Shown piece by piece: positions 20,277 to 22,263 of a stretch of 22,263 bases of DNA. Source of the DNA: Kofleriaceae bacterium (lineage in GTDB: Bacteria; Myxococcota_A; Polyangia; Haliangiales; Haliangiaceae); assembly GCA_046597055.1 (NCBI GenBank), contig JBKJLC010000048.1:1-22263 (forward strand), given 5' to 3'. Under the pieces are notes generated by a model. That model saw only the letters and a program-made list of their open reading frames with translations. It was not told where the DNA came from and did no database searches. Every line of letters starts with the position of its first letter. Position 1 is the stretch's first letter. Both the position numbers and the translations under genes were made by a program.

Positions 20277-21446
20277 GTGCCGCTCCTCGACTTCGTTGAC
20301 GACGAGCTTGCCGCGCTGGAAGCCCTGGGCCGGCGCCGCAGCCGCCGGGTGATCGGTGCCCGGACCGCGACCGAGCTGGTGGCCGACGGTACACGTCTGG
20401 TCAATTTCTCGTCGAACGACTACCTCGGGCTGGCGACGGATGCTCGGCTCGCGCGAGCCGCGAGCGAGGCGATGGCGGCCCGGGGCGTCGGCGCCGGTGC
20501 CTCCCGGCTCATCACCGGTAACCTTGAGCTGGCCGAGGCGCTCGAAGCCGCCCTGGCGCGATTCCACCGCGCGCCATCCGCCTGTCTGTTCAATTCTGGA
20601 TATGCGGCGAATACCGGTCTACTGCCGGTACTGGCGGGGCCCGGCGACGTCATCTTTTCCGACGAGCTCAACCACGCGAGCATCATCGACGGATGCCGCC
20701 TCTCTCGCGCTCAGGTCGTCGTGTTCCGGCACGGCGACCTGGAGCACCTTCGCACCCGGCTCACGGCGCACAGCGGCCGTCGGCGCGTGGTCGTCACCGA
20801 GAGCGTCTTCTCGATGGATGGCGACGTCGCGCACCTGGCGGCCCTCCGCGAGCTCACGCGAGCCCACGACGCGATTCTTGTCGTCGACGATGCTCACGGG
20901 GTCGGTTGCCTGGGCGCGTCCGGTCATGGATTGGCCTGGGACGCCGATGCCGACGTGGTGGTCGGGACGCTCGGCAAGGCATTCGGCGCGTCCGGGGCGT
21001 ACGTTCTCGGCCCGCTCGGCCTCGCTGACCTTCTGTTCAATCGCGCAAGGACGCTGGTGTTCTCGACCGGGCTTTCGGTTCCGGTCCTCGCCGCTGCACT
21101 GGTGTCGATCGAGATCGTGACGAGTGCGGAGGGTGCGGAGCGCCGCACAGCACTCGCTGCTCACATGGCCCGCGTCGCGACACGCTTATCGCGTCCGGTC
21201 TCGTCGCCGATCATCCCGCTCCTTGTCGGCTCCGACCGAGGAGCAATGGACTGCACTGCCGCGCTCATCGCGCGCGGGCTGCTGGTGCAGGGCATCCGCC
21301 CGCCCACCGTTCCCGTCGGCACCGCTCGCCTCAGGCTGTCGTTGAGCGCGGCGCACTCGTCCGTCGAGGTAGAGGCGGTGCTGGACGCAGTCGGTGAGTT
21401 GATCGCTTCAGGTGCCATCCGGTCCGTTGTTCCACGTGGAACGTGA
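20277..21446 (+). CDS. bioF: 8-amino-7-oxononanoate synthase (PLP-dependent)
   Basis: NFSSNDYLGL, GASRL, SGYAAN, SDELNHASIIDG, ESVFSMDGD, DDAHG, GTLGKAFG, IRPPTVP. GTG start at 20277 after AAGGAG. Confidence 0.93.
   Translation: MPLLDFVDDELAALEALGRRRSRRVIGARTATELVADGTRLVNFSSNDYLGLATDARLARAASEAMAARGVGAGASRLITGNLELAEALEAALARFHRAPSACLFNSGYAANTGLLPVLAGPGDVIFSDELNHASIIDGCRLSRAQVVVFRHGDLEHLRTRLTAHSGRRRVVVTESVFSMDGDVAHLAALRELTRAHDAILVVDDAHGVGCLGASGHGLAWDADADVVVGTLGKAFGASGAYVLGPLGLADLLFNRARTLVFSTGLSVPVLAAALVSIEIVTSAEGAERRTALAAHMARVATRLSRPVSSPIIPLLVGSDRGAMDCTAALIARGLLVQGIRPPTVPVGTARLRLSLSAAHSSVEVEAVLDAVGELIASGAIRSVVPRGT
21428..21443. promoter_or_regulatory. parS centromere-like ParB binding site
   Basis: TGTTCCACGTGGAACG, palindromic match to the parS consensus TGTTNCACGTGNAACA, close to oriC. 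Confidence 0.88.
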
Positions 21447-21478
21447 ATCGGGCGGTTCGCCTATCCGCCCGCCCGATT
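21446..21478 (+). terminator. Stem-loop directly after bioF
   Basis: AATCGGGCGG, 13-nt loop, CCGCCCGATT (10-bp perfect stem). Confidence 0.5.
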
Positions 21479-21637
21479 AGACCAAGTCAGCGACGTGCAG
21501 TTCATCGGCGGCGGGTGGGTGGATCGGGTGGCGGCTTTGCATGAGGGCGGGCGGTTGGTGCGGAGCTGGGGCACCCGGCTGGTGCCCGGGAAGGGCAAGA
21601 CAGCGCGGGGAACGCGTGGGTTGCCGGGGCCGCGGCG

Positions 21638-21692
21638 TGGGTGTCAACCGACACGACGAACCGTGATGGGTGTCAACGGACACGACGAACCG
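21638..21692 (+). repeat. 26-bp direct tandem repeat (period 29) covering the IS21-like terminus
   Basis: TGGGTGTCAACCGACACGACGAACCG (21638-21663) vs TGGGTGTCAACGGACACGACGAACCG (21667-21692); one mismatch. Confidence 0.9.
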
Positions 21693-21804
21693 ACCCACCT
21701 GCGACAGTGAAACTGACCCCCGGGCACGCTTGGCCACTTGGGCATCAGGAGTACCCCGGGGTCGCTCTTCTGATTGAGCCGTAGCTGTCGCACGGGATCG
21801 TTAC
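21671..21804 (-). mobile_element. Decayed IS21-family right end with a frameshifted istB 3' remnant
   Basis: The terminus starts TGTCAAC and carries repeated GACA..AAC[CT]GACCC units (21679-21699, 21703-21721). The minus strand from 21804 reads VTIPCDSY, then after a 1-nt shift RLNQKSDPGVLL, resembling the IstB C-terminus (I.G.SYRL..K...G). Confidence 0.65.
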
Positions 21805-22180
21805 CGGACTCCCGGGTGCCGGTAGGAGGCAGGCCGCTCGGGAGCTCAGGCAAGTGACCGGCTTCGGGAAGACTCGCGACACCGACCGCGGCGCGTCGAG
21901 CTGACGTCGCGCCGGCGACCGGCTCCCTGGCCGGCTGCCAGCGTCGTCGGTGGAGCAGTATCCCGCCCCGTCGGACGCGGTCGGCGTGCCGCGGCCGACG
22001 CCGTGGATCTCGGTTCAGTCCGTGTTGGATCCGTCGTAAGCCGCCGCCTAAGAACCGGGGTACGTCCAGTGCAGCGGCGCCAAGGCAAGGATCCGGGGGC
22101 GTCGAAGGCGAGGGCGGGCTAGCCAGTAGGTCGGGCGGACGAGGTGCGCATTGCCTCGCCCGGAATCCTACCGGGCGGGG

Positions 22181-22263
22181 GCGTTGCCTCACGTAACTTG
22201 CTACCGCCGCCCAGGGCGGCAGGAGAGTGCGATGAGGGAACGGATGAGCTTGGAGACCCGTCG
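22181..22263 (+). mobile_element. Probable IS left end and start of a transposase (integrase-core / ISNCY-like), truncated by window end
   Basis: GCGTTGCCTCACGTAACTTGCTACC followed by a GC hairpin, AGGAG RBS and ATG 22232 (MRERMSLETR...). This resembles, from memory, IS ends and MxxxxSxxTR transposase N-termini. Only 10 codons are visible. Confidence 0.5.

Noticed and set aside
21638..21692. CRISPR array
   Set aside because: Only two units separated by 3 nt, no spacers and no cas genes; better explained as a duplicated IS end.
21700..21792. Nested stems (TGCGACAG/CTGTCGCA, GACCCCCGGGCAC/GTACCCCGGGGTC) as a riboswitch or ncRNA
   Set aside because: They overlap the IS21 end and istB remnant and match no RNA family I recognise; likely chance in GC-rich DNA. 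An Infernal search would settle it.
21477..22192. ORFs 21477-21737, 21495-21710, 21644-22192 and 21846-22088 as genes
   Set aside because: Pro/Arg-rich translations with no family motif apart from the short IstB-like fragment.

Overview
High-GC bacterial chromosomal origin region, most consistent with Myxococcota (CdnL/CarD, TGTTCCACGTGGAACG parS, GyrB with the Gram-negative TOPRIM insert). The core is gyrB-recF-dnaN-[oriC]-dnaA on the minus strand, divergent from rpmH-rnpA-yidD-yidC-jag-mnmE-bioF on the plus strand. To the left are uvrB (5' truncated), a divergent VOC / HTH-WYL regulator pair, trmB, a NUDIX hydrolase, a small IPT/TIG lipoprotein, transaldolase, a DUF72-like protein, a small basic orphan, pepA and carD/cdnL. 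The right end holds a parS site and IS debris: a decayed IS21-family end with an istB remnant, and the start of another IS. Most notable observations: (1) a WYL operator with PafBC-like -26/-10 promoter geometry; (2) recF has no ATG/GTG/TTG before its Walker A motif and is in frame with dnaN; (3) a Bacillus-like DnaA-trio unwinding element; (4) an apparently chimeric actinobacterial/non-actinobacterial uvrB; (5) a REP-like repeat fused into yidD; (6) an IS end sitting next to a copy of its own motif. Family assignments come from recognising motifs by eye; no database search was run.
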